Assembly (NCBI GenBank): GCA_964493495.1
Contig: CAZBNM010000003.1
Coordinates: 2,610 to 66,609 of the forward strand
Source: an uncultured Bacteroides sp.
Lineage (GTDB): Bacteria; Bacteroidota; Bacteroidia; Bacteroidales; Muribaculaceae
DNA length: 64,000 nucleotides
Direction: 5' to 3'
A model generated the notes under the pieces. The model was not told where the DNA came from, ran no database searches, and was given only the letters and a program-made list of their open reading frames with translations. This document shows, piece after piece, positions 1 through 10,034 of this stretch (positions are counted from its first letter, which is position 1; the number at the start of each line of letters is the position of its first letter). The position numbers and the translations under genes are program-made.

Positions 1-844
1 CGATGTTGCGCGAGAAGTAGAAGGCAAAGAGCAGGCGCTTCGACGTGTACACATCGAAGTCGCGCATCAGAGGCGAGCGCAGCGCGCTCTGGATGGCCTT
101 GGTCATGCGGTGCTCGCCCTCGCCGTAGCCCACCGAGATCAGCGCCGTCATGCCGTCGCGCAGTGTCGTATCCACATCGCGCATATCAAGATTGATCATG
201 ATAGGCGTGGTGATGATCTCCGATATCGAGCGTGCGGCGATGGTCAGGATGTCATCGGCCTTGGCGAAAGCCAGACTGAATTCCAGGTCGGGGTAGATTT
301 CCGCCAGGCGGTCGTTGTTTATCACCAGCAGCGCGTCCACGTGGCGCGAGAGCTCCTCGGCGCCACGCAGGGCCATGCGTATCTTGGGCATGCCCTCGAA
401 GAAGAAAGGAATCGTCACGATACCCACCGTCAGGATACCCTGCTCCTTGGCCGTGCGGGCCACAACGGGCGAGGCGCCCGTGCCCGTGCCGCCGCCCATG
501 CCGGCCGTCACGAACACCATGTTCGGTTTCGGCGTCAGAAGCTTCTTGATATCCTCGATGCTCTCTTCCGCGGCCGTGCGGCCAACTTCGGGCTTGCCGC
601 CCGCTCCCAGGCCGCCCGTGGTCTCCGGGCCTAAAAGCAGTTTCGTGGGTACCGGCGACATTTCCAGTGCCTGCATATCCGTGTTCGCAACTACGAACTG
701 TATGTCGTCCACATGCTGCGAATACATGTGGTTCACGGCATTGGAGCCGCCGCCACCCGTGCCGATTACAAGAATGAGATGGTCGCTGGGCCGCGCGCCT
801 GTCGGCGTGCCCGACTGATATTTTTCAAGATATTCGCTATCCAT
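1..844 (-). CDS. ftsZ: cell division GTPase FtsZ (runs off the left edge of the window)
   Basis: Manual minus-strand translation from ATG at 844 gives MDSEYLEK...VIGTGGGGSNAVNHM and the tubulin signature MGGGTGTG at about 476-499. It follows ftsA. Confidence 0.97.
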   Translation of the reverse strand, partial: MDSEYLEKYQSGTPTGARPSDHLILVIGTGGGGSNAVNHMYSQHVDDIQFVVANTDMQALEMSPVPTKLLLGPETTGGLGAGGKPEVGRTAAEESIEDIKKLLTPKPNMVFVTAGMGGGTGTGASPVVARTAKEQGILTVGIVTIPFFFEGMPKIRMALRGAEELSRHVDALLVINNDRLAEIYPDLEFSLAFAKADDILTIAARSISEIITTPIMINLDMRDVDTTLRDGMTALISVGYGEGEHRMTKAIQSALRSPLMRDFDVYTSKRLLFAFYFSRNI

Positions 845-864
845 TTTCGTATTGTCTGTTGGGT

Positions 865-2511
865 TTACATTGGCGGACGGTAGTCCGTATCTTCGGGTTC
901 ATCGGGCATCTGCAGGAATTCACCGATCTTGCGTGTGAGGTTGTCGAGGCTTGTGCCTATTCCCGAGAAGGGGCTGCGTTTGCGCTTCTGGTTGCTTCCC
1001 TCGCTATCTTCACTCTCGAACGGATCCTTGCCGCCCGTCGGATTCATGCGCGCATCCTCAAGTTCCTCGTCCTCGTAGTCCTGCACGGGATTCTCGTCCT
1101 CGGGCTCTTCGGGTTCGTCGGGCTCGTCGCGCAGCAGGTCGTCCTCGTCGTCGCGTTGGCGAGGACGCCGTCCGAAGATGCGTCCCAGGCCCAGCCCTCC
1201 GCTTTTACGCGGACGCGCCGGCTCCTGCACCTTTTCCTGCTCCTCGTCGTAGTCATCCGTTTGTTCGGGCTCCGGGGCCGGCTCTGCTTGTTGGACCGCC
1301 CGCGGGGCAGGCTGCTCATACAGGGTCTCTTCCTCCGTTTCCTCGAATACGATCGTATTCACCGGCTGCTTCTCAAGGCAATCCCCCACCTTGGGCGAGC
1401 GGGCCCCGGCCCACAGCAGGGCCACGATGTCGATATTGTCGGCCGTGCGGTCGGCTGCGGTCTTGAATTCCACCACCGAAGGAATCTCGGCGGCCTGCAC
1501 GTTCATTTTGCTGAGCGCGCCCAGCACATTGTCGAAATTGCGCAGCTTGGCGCCACCGCCTGTCAGCACTATGCCTGCTGCAAGCTCCGTGGCCTTGAAG
1601 CCGCTCTGCATTATCTGATGTACGATATTTGCTGCGATTTCGCCGGCGCGTGGCTGCACGTATGCATTCACCTCCGAGGCATTGTCGCCCCCCGAGGCAG
1701 CTCCGGCTTCAGGCATCGCCGCGTTGCCGTAGCGGATCTTGAAGTCCTCGGCGCTTTCCTCCGTCATGCTGTTCCCGGCCATGATGTCGCGGGTCACGGT
1801 ACGCGAACCCATGGGCAGTGTCGACAGGAAGCACAGCGCACCGTCCTTGTAGACCGACACCGTCACCGTCTCCGCACCGAAGTCCACAAGCGCACAGCCC
1901 AGCTGCCGCTGCGAATCGGACAGCACCAGATCAGCTATGGCCGTGGCGCGCAGACGGGGGTAGATGTGGGTCTGCGGAATATTCTCGAATCGCAGACGCT
2001 CTAGATTGCGGCGCGACTCCTGGCCGATGGTAATCACCGTGAAGTCCCCGCGGAAGCGTTGGCCGTAGGTGCCTACAGGCCGCGGAACCACAAGGTTGTT
2101 CACGTAGAATGTCCGCGGAAGCACGGCCTCGATGTGCTTCGTGGTCACAAGGTCCTTCAGGGCCTCCTGCTTCAGGCGCGTCACATTCTCCTGAAGGATT
2201 TCGATGTCGCCCGGGAAAACGGTCGTGCCCGTGGCGGGGATGGACAGCAGCGAGCGTCCGCCCACCGGCACAACGGCACCTATCACGCGATTGGGCGCTA
2301 CAGCCGGATTGTTCTCCAGCTTGCGGATTATTTCGTTCACGCCCGCGGACACCTCCTGCACGTTCTGGATGCGTCCGTAACGCACATTGTTCAAGGCCTT
2401 GATTTCCTCAACGGCCAGCACGGTCAACGCGCCCGTGGCGTCCACCGTGGCAACGCCCCCCTTGATTTTCGAGGACGATATTTCTATTGCTACTATGCTG
2501 CGTGGTTCCAT
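865..2511 (-). CDS. ftsA: cell division protein FtsA with long acidic C-terminal extension
   Basis: Actin-fold motifs IEISSSKI, VDFGAETVTV and IVLTGGGAKL; lies between ftsQ and ftsZ. Confidence 0.93.
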   Translation of the reverse strand: MEPRSIVAIEISSSKIKGGVATVDATGALTVLAVEEIKALNNVRYGRIQNVQEVSAGVNEIIRKLENNPAVAPNRVIGAVVPVGGRSLLSIPATGTTVFPGDIEILQENVTRLKQEALKDLVTTKHIEAVLPRTFYVNNLVVPRPVGTYGQRFRGDFTVITIGQESRRNLERLRFENIPQTHIYPRLRATAIADLVLSDSQRQLGCALVDFGAETVTVSVYKDGALCFLSTLPMGSRTVTRDIMAGNSMTEESAEDFKIRYGNAAMPEAGAASGGDNASEVNAYVQPRAGEIAANIVHQIMQSGFKATELAAGIVLTGGGAKLRNFDNVLGALSKMNVQAAEIPSVVEFKTAADRTADNIDIVALLWAGARSPKVGDCLEKQPVNTIVFEETEEETLYEQPAPRAVQQAEPAPEPEQTDDYDEEQEKVQEPARPRKSGGLGLGRIFGRRPRQRDDEDDLLRDEPDEPEEPEDENPVQDYEDEELEDARMNPTGGKDPFESEDSEGSNQKRKRSPFSGIGTSLDNLTRKIGEFLQMPDEPEDTDYRPPM

Positions 2512-2512
2512 A

Positions 2513-3403
2513 TCAGTCGTTTTTCGGTATTATCTTTTCTTCATCGGCCAGGCCCTCGGCCACGGTCGTCGGATCTGTCATCGTCGACAAGTCATCGAAG
2601 TCCTCATACATCAGCGAGTCCTCCAGCACCGTGGCAAGGCTTGTCGGCGCAAGGCGCGATTTGCGGCGCGAGGCCACGACGCGTCCACGCCATTTCACAG
2701 CTATCGTGTCGTACATCTCCCAGCCCCGCACCGGCACGACCTGAAGGTAGAACGAGCGCAGACGCCGGAACTTGTCGTCAACATCGGTCGTGTCGCCGAA
2801 GTTTATCACGTGCCCCACGATCGTCGGCACGATGATGATGTTGCCGCCCGGCTCCTGCACGAGCGTCGACACCAGTGCCGACAGGTCCGCATCCCGCGCG
2901 ATGTGGTCCAGCAGCGGAAGCAGTCGTGTGGCCGGGTGCACGCTGTCGAATGCGCCCAGCACCACCGGGACGTCCAGATGATAGCGCGGATCAGCCGAGA
3001 TCTTCTTGCCCTGCGCGTTGATGTAGTAGGAGGCATGTCCCTTTTCGAACACTCGCGCCACGGGCGTCATCGGCACGACGTCCACATGCACCCGTCCCGA
3101 GGCCGAAATCCATGCGTTCACGCTCTCCACCTTGTCCGAAGCTCCCAGATGTCTTTCCAGAGCCCCCAGATCGAAAGCGTCGATGCGGCAGCGCCCCAGC
3201 GTGTCCGGGTCCAGGCCGCTCTCGCGCACGATGTCGCCCGGAGTGATGAAATGCGTCATCAGCGTATCGGCTACACTCACGCTCAGCCCCGGCCGGAGCG
3301 TCGCACGTCGGGCAGCGTCCGTGCTGAGCATCATGGCAAAGCAGAGATAGGCCAGCAGCACGGCCGCCAGCACACACATCATTATCGAATTTCTGCTTAT
3401 CAC
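2513..3403 (-). CDS. ftsQ: cell division protein FtsQ/DivIB
   Basis: N-terminal TM segment, POTRA-like region, Bacteroidales-type PxARV...SYYIN and INFG...KF..L..FY motifs; dcw position. Confidence 0.85.
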   Translation of the reverse strand: MISRNSIMMCVLAAVLLAYLCFAMMLSTDAARRATLRPGLSVSVADTLMTHFITPGDIVRESGLDPDTLGRCRIDAFDLGALERHLGASDKVESVNAWISASGRVHVDVVPMTPVARVFEKGHASYYINAQGKKISADPRYHLDVPVVLGAFDSVHPATRLLPLLDHIARDADLSALVSTLVQEPGGNIIIVPTIVGHVINFGDTTDVDDKFRRLRSFYLQVVPVRGWEMYDTIAVKWRGRVVASRRKSRLAPTSLATVLEDSLMYEDFDDLSTMTDPTTVAEGLADEEKIIPKND

Positions 3404-3429
3404 CTTATTCGCGCGCTTATTTCAGGTCC

Positions 3430-4812
3430 TTAATCTCCAAGCTCTTCGGCAAGACGGTGCGTATAGAGATTCAGATCGCCCGCACCTGCCGTCAATAGAA
3501 TGTCAAAGTTACGATTTTTTAGCCGATCTACAAAATCTTGCCTGCAAATCATCTCCTTGTCCGCGCATTTCACCAGATCGTAGATCGTTTTCTCGCTGAT
3601 TCCCGGAATGGGCTCTTCGCGTGCGGGATACAGGTCCACAAGTATCACGCTGTCCGCAGCCGACAGAGCCTCGGCGAACTGGGGCGCGAAATCGCGGGTA
3701 CGCGTGTAGAGGTGTGGCTGGAAGGCCACGGTAAGGTGGCGTCCCGGGAAGAGCGCACGCACCGAGGCGATCGAGCTGCGCAATTCGTCGGGATGATGTG
3801 CGTAATCGTCGATGATGGCTCGGTCGCCCGCATGCTTCGGCCGCAGATGCATCTGGAAACGACGCTCCACGCCCGGATAGCTCGCCATGGCCTTGCGGGC
3901 CAGTTCCGGAGTGAGTTCGCCGGCAAGCCATACGGCCCCTAAGGCAGCTATGGCATTGTCGATGTTGATATCCACCGGCACTCCGAGCTCGATGTCCGAG
4001 ATCACACCTCCGGGATGGACGAAATCGAAAACGATGCGCCCCTGGCCGCAGCGGATGTTGCGGGCGTGGAAGTCGCCCTCATGTCGCGAGAAGGTGTAGG
4101 TTTTCACATCCTCGCCCGGACGCGGCCGAAGCTTAAGCCCCGTATGCACAAGCAGGTAGCCCCCGGGCTGTATCAGCTCCGTGAAGTGCGCGAAGCTCTC
4201 CAGATAGGCCTCTTCGGTGCCGTAGATGTCCAGATGGTCTGGGTCCGTAGCCGTGATTACAGCCACGTAAGGACGCAGCGTGTGGAAGGAGCGGTCGTAT
4301 TCGTCGGCCTCGATGACGCTGAAGGGCGACGTGGCGCTCAGCATCAGATTGCTGTTGTAGCCCAGGAGTATGCCCCCGAGGAAGGCGTTGCAGCCCGTGG
4401 GGCCGCTGTGCAGTATGTGCGCGGCCATCGACGAGGTGGTGGTCTTGCCGTGCGTGCCCGCGAAGCACAGGCCCTTGCTGCTGCGTGTGATGGCTCCCAG
4501 CACCGCCGAGCGCTTGTAGAGCTCGAATCCGCCTTCGCGGAAATAGCTGAGTATGGCGCTGTCCGCCGGCACGGCCGGCGTGTACACCGCAAGCGTATCC
4601 TCCGGATGCCGGAAGTCCGCGGGAATCTCCTCGACGCTGTCCGTGTAGGTCATGGCCACGCCCTCTTTTTCCAGCTCGCGCGTGAGCTCGCTTTCCGTGC
4701 GGTCATAGGCGGCCACGGACATGCCCTTGGAGAGGAAATATCGCTCGAGGGCGGCCATGCCTATGCCACCCCCGCCAATGAAATATACGTTCTTTATATC
4801 TTCCAGTTTCAT
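3430..4812 (-). CDS. murC: UDP-N-acetylmuramate--L-alanine ligase
   Basis: GGGGIGM, AGTHGKTTT, EADEYDRSF, DDYAHHP and FQPHLYTRT motifs. Confidence 0.98.
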   Translation of the reverse strand: MKLEDIKNVYFIGGGGIGMAALERYFLSKGMSVAAYDRTESELTRELEKEGVAMTYTDSVEEIPADFRHPEDTLAVYTPAVPADSAILSYFREGGFELYKRSAVLGAITRSSKGLCFAGTHGKTTTSSMAAHILHSGPTGCNAFLGGILLGYNSNLMLSATSPFSVIEADEYDRSFHTLRPYVAVITATDPDHLDIYGTEEAYLESFAHFTELIQPGGYLLVHTGLKLRPRPGEDVKTYTFSRHEGDFHARNIRCGQGRIVFDFVHPGGVISDIELGVPVDINIDNAIAALGAVWLAGELTPELARKAMASYPGVERRFQMHLRPKHAGDRAIIDDYAHHPDELRSSIASVRALFPGRHLTVAFQPHLYTRTRDFAPQFAEALSAADSVILVDLYPAREEPIPGISEKTIYDLVKCADKEMICRQDFVDRLKNRNFDILLTAGAGDLNLYTHRLAEELGD

Positions 4813-4817
4813 CTTTC

Positions 4818-5927
4818 TTACTTGTCTTTCCGGCTTGCGAGCCTGTAGATTTCGTCCACTATTCTTTCGGCGCTCTGCTTCTCGGCGAGCTTGAGGATGT
4901 TGGCGCTTAGTTCCTCTCGCGCGGCCGGGTCGGCCATGAGGCGCTCCACTTCAGGCCATAGCTGCGTGGAGGCATCCTTGTCGGGAACCAGCACCGCCGC
5001 TCCGCGGCTCGAGAGAGCCTCGGCGTTCTTGCGCTGATGGTCCTCCGCCACATTGGGCGAGGGCACAAGGATGGTAGGCAGCCCCAGGAGCTCGAGCTCG
5101 CTGATGGTGCCCGCACCGGCGCGCGCCACCACAAGGTCGGCCGCGCGGTAGGCCGTGTCCATCTCGGAGATGAACATCGTGGCCTTCACGCCCTCGGCCT
5201 TGCGTTCGGCAGCTATGGCCGCACAGCGCTCGCCGTCGCTCTTGCCCGTCTGCCACAGCAGCTGATAACCCCCGCGCGCCACGCTGCCGTCGAGTGCATT
5301 ATCAATCACCGCCTGATTGATGGTGCGTGCGCCCAGGCTGCCGCCCACAACGAGCAGCAGAGGCTTCTCCGGATCGAAGCCCAAAGCCTTCTTGGCCTCG
5401 GCCTTCGTCAGGGTGCACTCAAGCAGATTGGCCCGCACGGGATTGCCTGTCATCACGATTTTTTCCGCAGGGAAAAAGCGCTCCAGACCCGGATAGGCCA
5501 CACAAATGCTCCCGGCCCCGCCGGCAAGCATCTTGTTCGTCACGCCCGGATAGGAGTTCTGTTCCTGCAGCAGCGTGGCCACTCCGGCCTTCTGGGCGGC
5601 CTTGAGGGTCGGGCCGCTGGCATATCCCCCGACGCCCACGGCAATGTCGGGTTTGAAATCCCGCACAAGCTTCCGCGCCTTCCGCATGCTGCGCCACAGG
5701 CGCCAGAGCACCCTGAAGTTGCGCCACAGACGCCGGCGGTCGAAGCCGCTTACCGGCAGTCCCACGATCTCATACCCCGCAGCCGGCACGCGCTCCATTT
5801 CCATGCGCCCCTCGGCCCCGACAAACAGGATTTCCGCATCGGGTTCGCGCCGGCGTATTGCCCCGGCTATCGACAATGCGGGAAAAATATGGCCGCCCGT
5901 GCCGCCGCCGCTGATAAGTACTCTCAT
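4818..5927 (-). CDS. murG: undecaprenyl-PP-MurNAc-pentapeptide N-acetylglucosaminyltransferase
   Basis: SGGGTGGHIFPA, GGYASGP, EQNS, GNPVR, GGSLGA and HQxxNA motifs. Confidence 0.98.
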   Translation of the reverse strand: MRVLISGGGTGGHIFPALSIAGAIRRREPDAEILFVGAEGRMEMERVPAAGYEIVGLPVSGFDRRRLWRNFRVLWRLWRSMRKARKLVRDFKPDIAVGVGGYASGPTLKAAQKAGVATLLQEQNSYPGVTNKMLAGGAGSICVAYPGLERFFPAEKIVMTGNPVRANLLECTLTKAEAKKALGFDPEKPLLLVVGGSLGARTINQAVIDNALDGSVARGGYQLLWQTGKSDGERCAAIAAERKAEGVKATMFISEMDTAYRAADLVVARAGAGTISELELLGLPTILVPSPNVAEDHQRKNAEALSSRGAAVLVPDKDASTQLWPEVERLMADPAAREELSANILKLAEKQSAERIVDEIYRLASRKDK

Positions 5928-5958
5928 ATCCTTGTATTTCAGTTTTTTGTATTTCTAC

Positions 5959-7317
5959 TCAGTCCTTCGTCTCCTTTCCCGCGGTCAGGGGGTTGTCGTT
6001 CTGCAGGTTCTCCGGAAGCACCGACAGCTCCTGTTTCACAGCCACGGAATCGTTGTAGCGCGCGGCATGGCGGCTCACGCTCAGCATCACTCCGAGTGCG
6101 ATCGAAGTCGCCAGCACGCAGGTGCCCCCCTTGGAGATCAAAGGCAGCGGCTGCCCCGAGACGGGTGCCGCACCCGTTACGATGGCTATGTGATACAGGG
6201 CCTGGAACACGATGACAAACGCGCATCCTATCACCATGATGCCCGGAAGTGTCTGGCGGAAATTCATCGTCAGGTGGGCCGCTCGGCCCAGCAGCCAGAG
6301 ATAACTGAACAGCAGCAAGAGCCCCGTGAACAGCCCCAGCTCCTCGACTATGATGGCGAAGATATAGTCGGAAAAGGCAAGCGGCAGACGCGCGTTCTCG
6401 CGCGAATTACCGGGGCCCACGCCGAAGAAGCCGCCGTGTGCCTGCGCTATGAAGCTCATCTGCTCCTGCTTATTGTCGTCCGTGATCTTGGCCGTGTGCT
6501 TGTCCTTGGCGAAGAAGCGGTCCACGCGCGCTTTCCAGGTCTTGCCGCGGGCTATGCCGGCGCGTACGCTGTCGGGATCCTGCTTGTTTAGCTCGTACAC
6601 GCGCTGCTCCGTCGGCGTAAGCTCCTCCATCGGCTTTTCGCGCGTCATATAGCCCAGAAAGCAGATGCCCACCAGTGCCATAAGCCCTAAGCCCACACCG
6701 AAGTGCTTAAGCTCCACGCCGCCCACAAACATCATCGACAGCCCGATGGCTGCCACAAGCATCGCGTTGCTGAGACCCTGAAGGATGAGTATGCCGCAGC
6801 ACACTCCTATGAAGGCCACGCAGGTGATGAAGCCCTGCAGCGACACGCGTCCCCCGTTCTGTCGTTTCGAACGCCCGAGGATCCAGGCCACGCCCAGAGC
6901 TGCCGCGAGTTTGAGGAACTCAGCCGGTAGCACCGTGGCGAATCCAAGGTCGATGGCGCGCTCGGCGCCGTTGATTTTCGTGCCCGCGAACTGCACGTAC
7001 ACCATCGCCCCGAGACTGAGTATCACGAACAGGGGGATGGCCGAGTAGATGCGACGGTAGTGCACGAGCTGAAGCACCAGCATGATGGCAAGACCTATGC
7101 CCAAAAACATCACATGACGTTTGATGGGGCCGTAGATGTCCTCATGGTTCACTTCCTGGATTGAGGCCGAGAAGAGCTCCACGATCGATATGAGCACGAT
7201 GAAGATGTAGATGCCCCAGATGTGATGGTCCGTACGGACCTTCGAGGTCAGTTTTTTCACGTCGTCGGCAGGCGTGCTCTCTGCCGGCAGCGTGGCTGCG
7301 CTTAGCTCTGTTTCCAT
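5959..7317 (-). CDS. ftsW: FtsW (SEDS family) peptidoglycan polymerase
   Basis: Multi-TM protein with INGAER, PAEFLKL, LPLAFSDYIFAIIVEELG and GQPLPLISKGGT. Confidence 0.95.
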   Translation of the reverse strand: METELSAATLPAESTPADDVKKLTSKVRTDHHIWGIYIFIVLISIVELFSASIQEVNHEDIYGPIKRHVMFLGIGLAIMLVLQLVHYRRIYSAIPLFVILSLGAMVYVQFAGTKINGAERAIDLGFATVLPAEFLKLAAALGVAWILGRSKRQNGGRVSLQGFITCVAFIGVCCGILILQGLSNAMLVAAIGLSMMFVGGVELKHFGVGLGLMALVGICFLGYMTREKPMEELTPTEQRVYELNKQDPDSVRAGIARGKTWKARVDRFFAKDKHTAKITDDNKQEQMSFIAQAHGGFFGVGPGNSRENARLPLAFSDYIFAIIVEELGLFTGLLLLFSYLWLLGRAAHLTMNFRQTLPGIMVIGCAFVIVFQALYHIAIVTGAAPVSGQPLPLISKGGTCVLATSIALGVMLSVSRHAARYNDSVAVKQELSVLPENLQNDNPLTAGKETKD

Positions 7318-7352
7318 AGTTGCAAGTATGTGTGGTGTGAAAGGTTAAAGGT

Positions 7353-8735
7353 TCATGCGTATGTGTCAGTCTTTTTCTCCAGCGCGTGCACGGCGGCCTT
7401 GAACTGCCGCCCGCGGTCCTCATAGCTCTTGAACAGATCGAAGCTCGCGCAGCAGGGCGAGAGAAGCACCGTATCCCCCGCGGAGGCGAAGCTCCGGGCG
7501 GCATCGATGGCGTCTGCAAGGCTCGACGTGTCGGCTATCTGTGCCACCTCGCCCTTGAAGAAGTCCATGATTTTTTCATTGTGCAGCCCCATGGCCACGA
7601 TGGCCTTCACGCGCTTGTGCACCAGAGGAAGGATTTCCGAATAGTCGTTGCCCTTGTCCTTGCCCCCTAATATCAGCACCGTCGGACCGGTCATGGCCTC
7701 GAGTGCATAGTAGCACGAGTTCACGTTCGTGGCCTTCGAGTCGTTGATCCAGCGCACACCGTCGATGGTCGCCACCGGTTCCAGTCGGTGCTCAACGGGC
7801 TCGAAGTCGCTGAGGGCCTTGCGGATCGTGTCCTTGCGGATCTCCAGCAGCGAGGCACTCAGCCCCGAGGCCATGGCGTTGTAGAGGTTGTGCAGGCCGT
7901 GCAGAGCCAGATCTGCGCGGGGCATCTCCAGAGGGCCTCCTTCGCCCGCATCGATGATAAGACGGTTCTCCGCATCGACGTACGCTGCCGTGTCCTCCTC
8001 GCGTTGCTCGGCGAAGGGATACATACGTGCCTCCGTGCTTATCTTGGCCAGCTGAGCGCTTATCACGGGGTCGTCCTTCCAGTAGATGAACGCGTCCGTG
8101 GCCGTCATGTTCTGCAGGATGCGGAACTTGGCACGCACGTAATTCTCCATCTTGTAGTCATAGCGGTCCAGATGGTCGGGCGTGATGTTCATCAGCACGG
8201 CGATGTTGGCCTTGAAGTCATACATGTTGTCGAGCTGGAAGCTGCTCAGCTCTATCACGTAAACCTTGTGCGGGTCGCGGGCTACCTGATAGGCCAGGCT
8301 GAAACCAACGTTCCCGGCCAGACCCACATCCAGACCGGCCTCCCGAAGGATGTGATACGTAAGAAGCGTGGTCGTGGTCTTGCCGTTGCTGCCCGTGATG
8401 CACACCATCCGCGCATCGCCGGCATAGCGCCCGGCAAACTCGATTTCGCTCACTATGGGAATGTTTTTGGCCACTGCGTCCACGATCATCGGAGCCGTCA
8501 GCGGGATGCCCGGACTCTTCACTATCTCGTCGGCGTTCAGAATCAGTTCGCGCGTATGCCCGCCTTCCTCGAAGGGTATTCCTTCGGCCTCGAGCATCCC
8601 CCGGTAGTGGTCGGAGATGCGCCCGCTGTCGCTGAGAAAAACGTCCATACCAAGATCCTTGGCCAGAATGGCCGCTCCCGTGCCGCTTTCGCCCGCACCG
8701 AGCACCACAAGCCGCTTCCTTGTATTTGTTTCCAT
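7353..8735 (-). CDS. murD: UDP-MurNAc-L-Ala--D-glutamate ligase
   Basis: GAGESG, ITGSNGKTTT, ELSSFQL, NDSKATN and LSPCCASFD. ATG at 8735 preferred over TTG at 8756. Confidence 0.98.
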   Translation of the reverse strand: METNTRKRLVVLGAGESGTGAAILAKDLGMDVFLSDSGRISDHYRGMLEAEGIPFEEGGHTRELILNADEIVKSPGIPLTAPMIVDAVAKNIPIVSEIEFAGRYAGDARMVCITGSNGKTTTTLLTYHILREAGLDVGLAGNVGFSLAYQVARDPHKVYVIELSSFQLDNMYDFKANIAVLMNITPDHLDRYDYKMENYVRAKFRILQNMTATDAFIYWKDDPVISAQLAKISTEARMYPFAEQREEDTAAYVDAENRLIIDAGEGGPLEMPRADLALHGLHNLYNAMASGLSASLLEIRKDTIRKALSDFEPVEHRLEPVATIDGVRWINDSKATNVNSCYYALEAMTGPTVLILGGKDKGNDYSEILPLVHKRVKAIVAMGLHNEKIMDFFKGEVAQIADTSSLADAIDAARSFASAGDTVLLSPCCASFDLFKSYEDRGRQFKAAVHALEKKTDTYA

Positions 8736-8752
8736 AGTCTGTATGCTGATTG

Positions 8753-10009
8753 TCAACGGATTTTGAGTGTTACGAATGTCACCACAGCCAGTATCATGGC
8801 CACGATCCAGAAGCGCATCACGATCTTCTGCTCCACGATGATGTTCTTAGGACTGTTGATGAGCACGCGGGGAACTGCTCCCGCAGGCTTCTGGAAGTGG
8901 TGGTGCAGGGGCGTCATCTTGAACACGCGGCCCCCGTGCGAATACTTGAAGTAAAGCCGCTGCATCACTACCGACAGGTCCTCAAGATAGAACAGCAGGC
9001 ACAGCACCGGCAGCAGCAGCTCCTTGTGTATGAGAATGGCGCAGACGGCGATTATGCCACCCAGCGTCAGCGAACCCGTGTCGCCCATGAATACCGTGGC
9101 CTTCGACGAATTGTACCAGAGGAAGCCCACGAGCGCGCCCACGAAGGCCGCCATGAACACCACCAGCTCGCCCGACTCGGGCACGTACATGATGTTCAGA
9201 TAGGCCGAGTAGATGATGTTGCCGCCCAGGTAGGCCATGGCCATGAGCGCGACGCCCGAAATGGCGCTAAGTCCCGCGCACAGACCGTCCAGGCCGTCGC
9301 TCAGATTGGCGCCGTTGCTCGTGGCCGTCACCAGGAAGATGGCCACGAGAAGGAAGATTATCCACCCTCCGATTTCGGCCGCATCGCCGCCCATCCATTC
9401 CGTGAGCCATGAGTAGTTGAAGTTGTTGTTCTTGACGAAGGGGATGGTGGTCTGCGGCGATTTCACGACCTGGCCTTCGTCATACACAACCTCCTCCACA
9501 CGAAGGGTCTCCACCGAGATCACCTCTGAATTCTCCACGATCACCATATTGGGGTTGAGGTACATCGTCGCGGCAACGATCACGCCGATACCAACCTGGG
9601 CGATGATCTTGTACTTTCCGGCCACGCCGTCCTTGTTGTGCTTCTTCAGCTTCTTGTAGTCGTCCAGAAAGCCCAGCGTTCCCAGCCATACGGTGGTGAG
9701 CAGCATCAGAAGCATGTAGGCGTTGCTCAGATTGCCCACAAGCAGGCAGGGCACGAGGATTGCCGTCAGTATGATGAGGCCTCCCATCGTGGGCGTCTTG
9801 CTCTTCAGCTCTTCGCCCTCCACGCCCAGCTCGCGCGCCTTCTCGGCCATCTGGTGGCGGCGCAGCGCGTTGATGATGTAGTAGCCCGCGATGATGCCGA
9901 TGAGGAGGCTCAGCACGAAGGCAAGTCCCGAACGGAATGAGAGATAGCTCATCAGGCGTGCGCCGGGCACGCTCGAGTGTGCAAGTCCTTCAAAAAGGGT
10001 GTAAAACAT
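8753..10009 (-). CDS. mraY: phospho-MurNAc-pentapeptide transferase
   Basis: TPTMGG, GFLDDY, NLSDGLDGL, FMGDTGS and PLHHHF motifs. Confidence 0.98.
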   Translation of the reverse strand: MFYTLFEGLAHSSVPGARLMSYLSFRSGLAFVLSLLIGIIAGYYIINALRRHQMAEKARELGVEGEELKSKTPTMGGLIILTAILVPCLLVGNLSNAYMLLMLLTTVWLGTLGFLDDYKKLKKHNKDGVAGKYKIIAQVGIGVIVAATMYLNPNMVIVENSEVISVETLRVEEVVYDEGQVVKSPQTTIPFVKNNNFNYSWLTEWMGGDAAEIGGWIIFLLVAIFLVTATSNGANLSDGLDGLCAGLSAISGVALMAMAYLGGNIIYSAYLNIMYVPESGELVVFMAAFVGALVGFLWYNSSKATVFMGDTGSLTLGGIIAVCAILIHKELLLPVLCLLFYLEDLSVVMQRLYFKYSHGGRVFKMTPLHHHFQKPAGAVPRVLINSPKNIIVEQKIVMRFWIVAMILAVVTFVTLKIR

Positions 10010-10034
10010 TGGCTTATCGGTGTTTATCGTTAGT

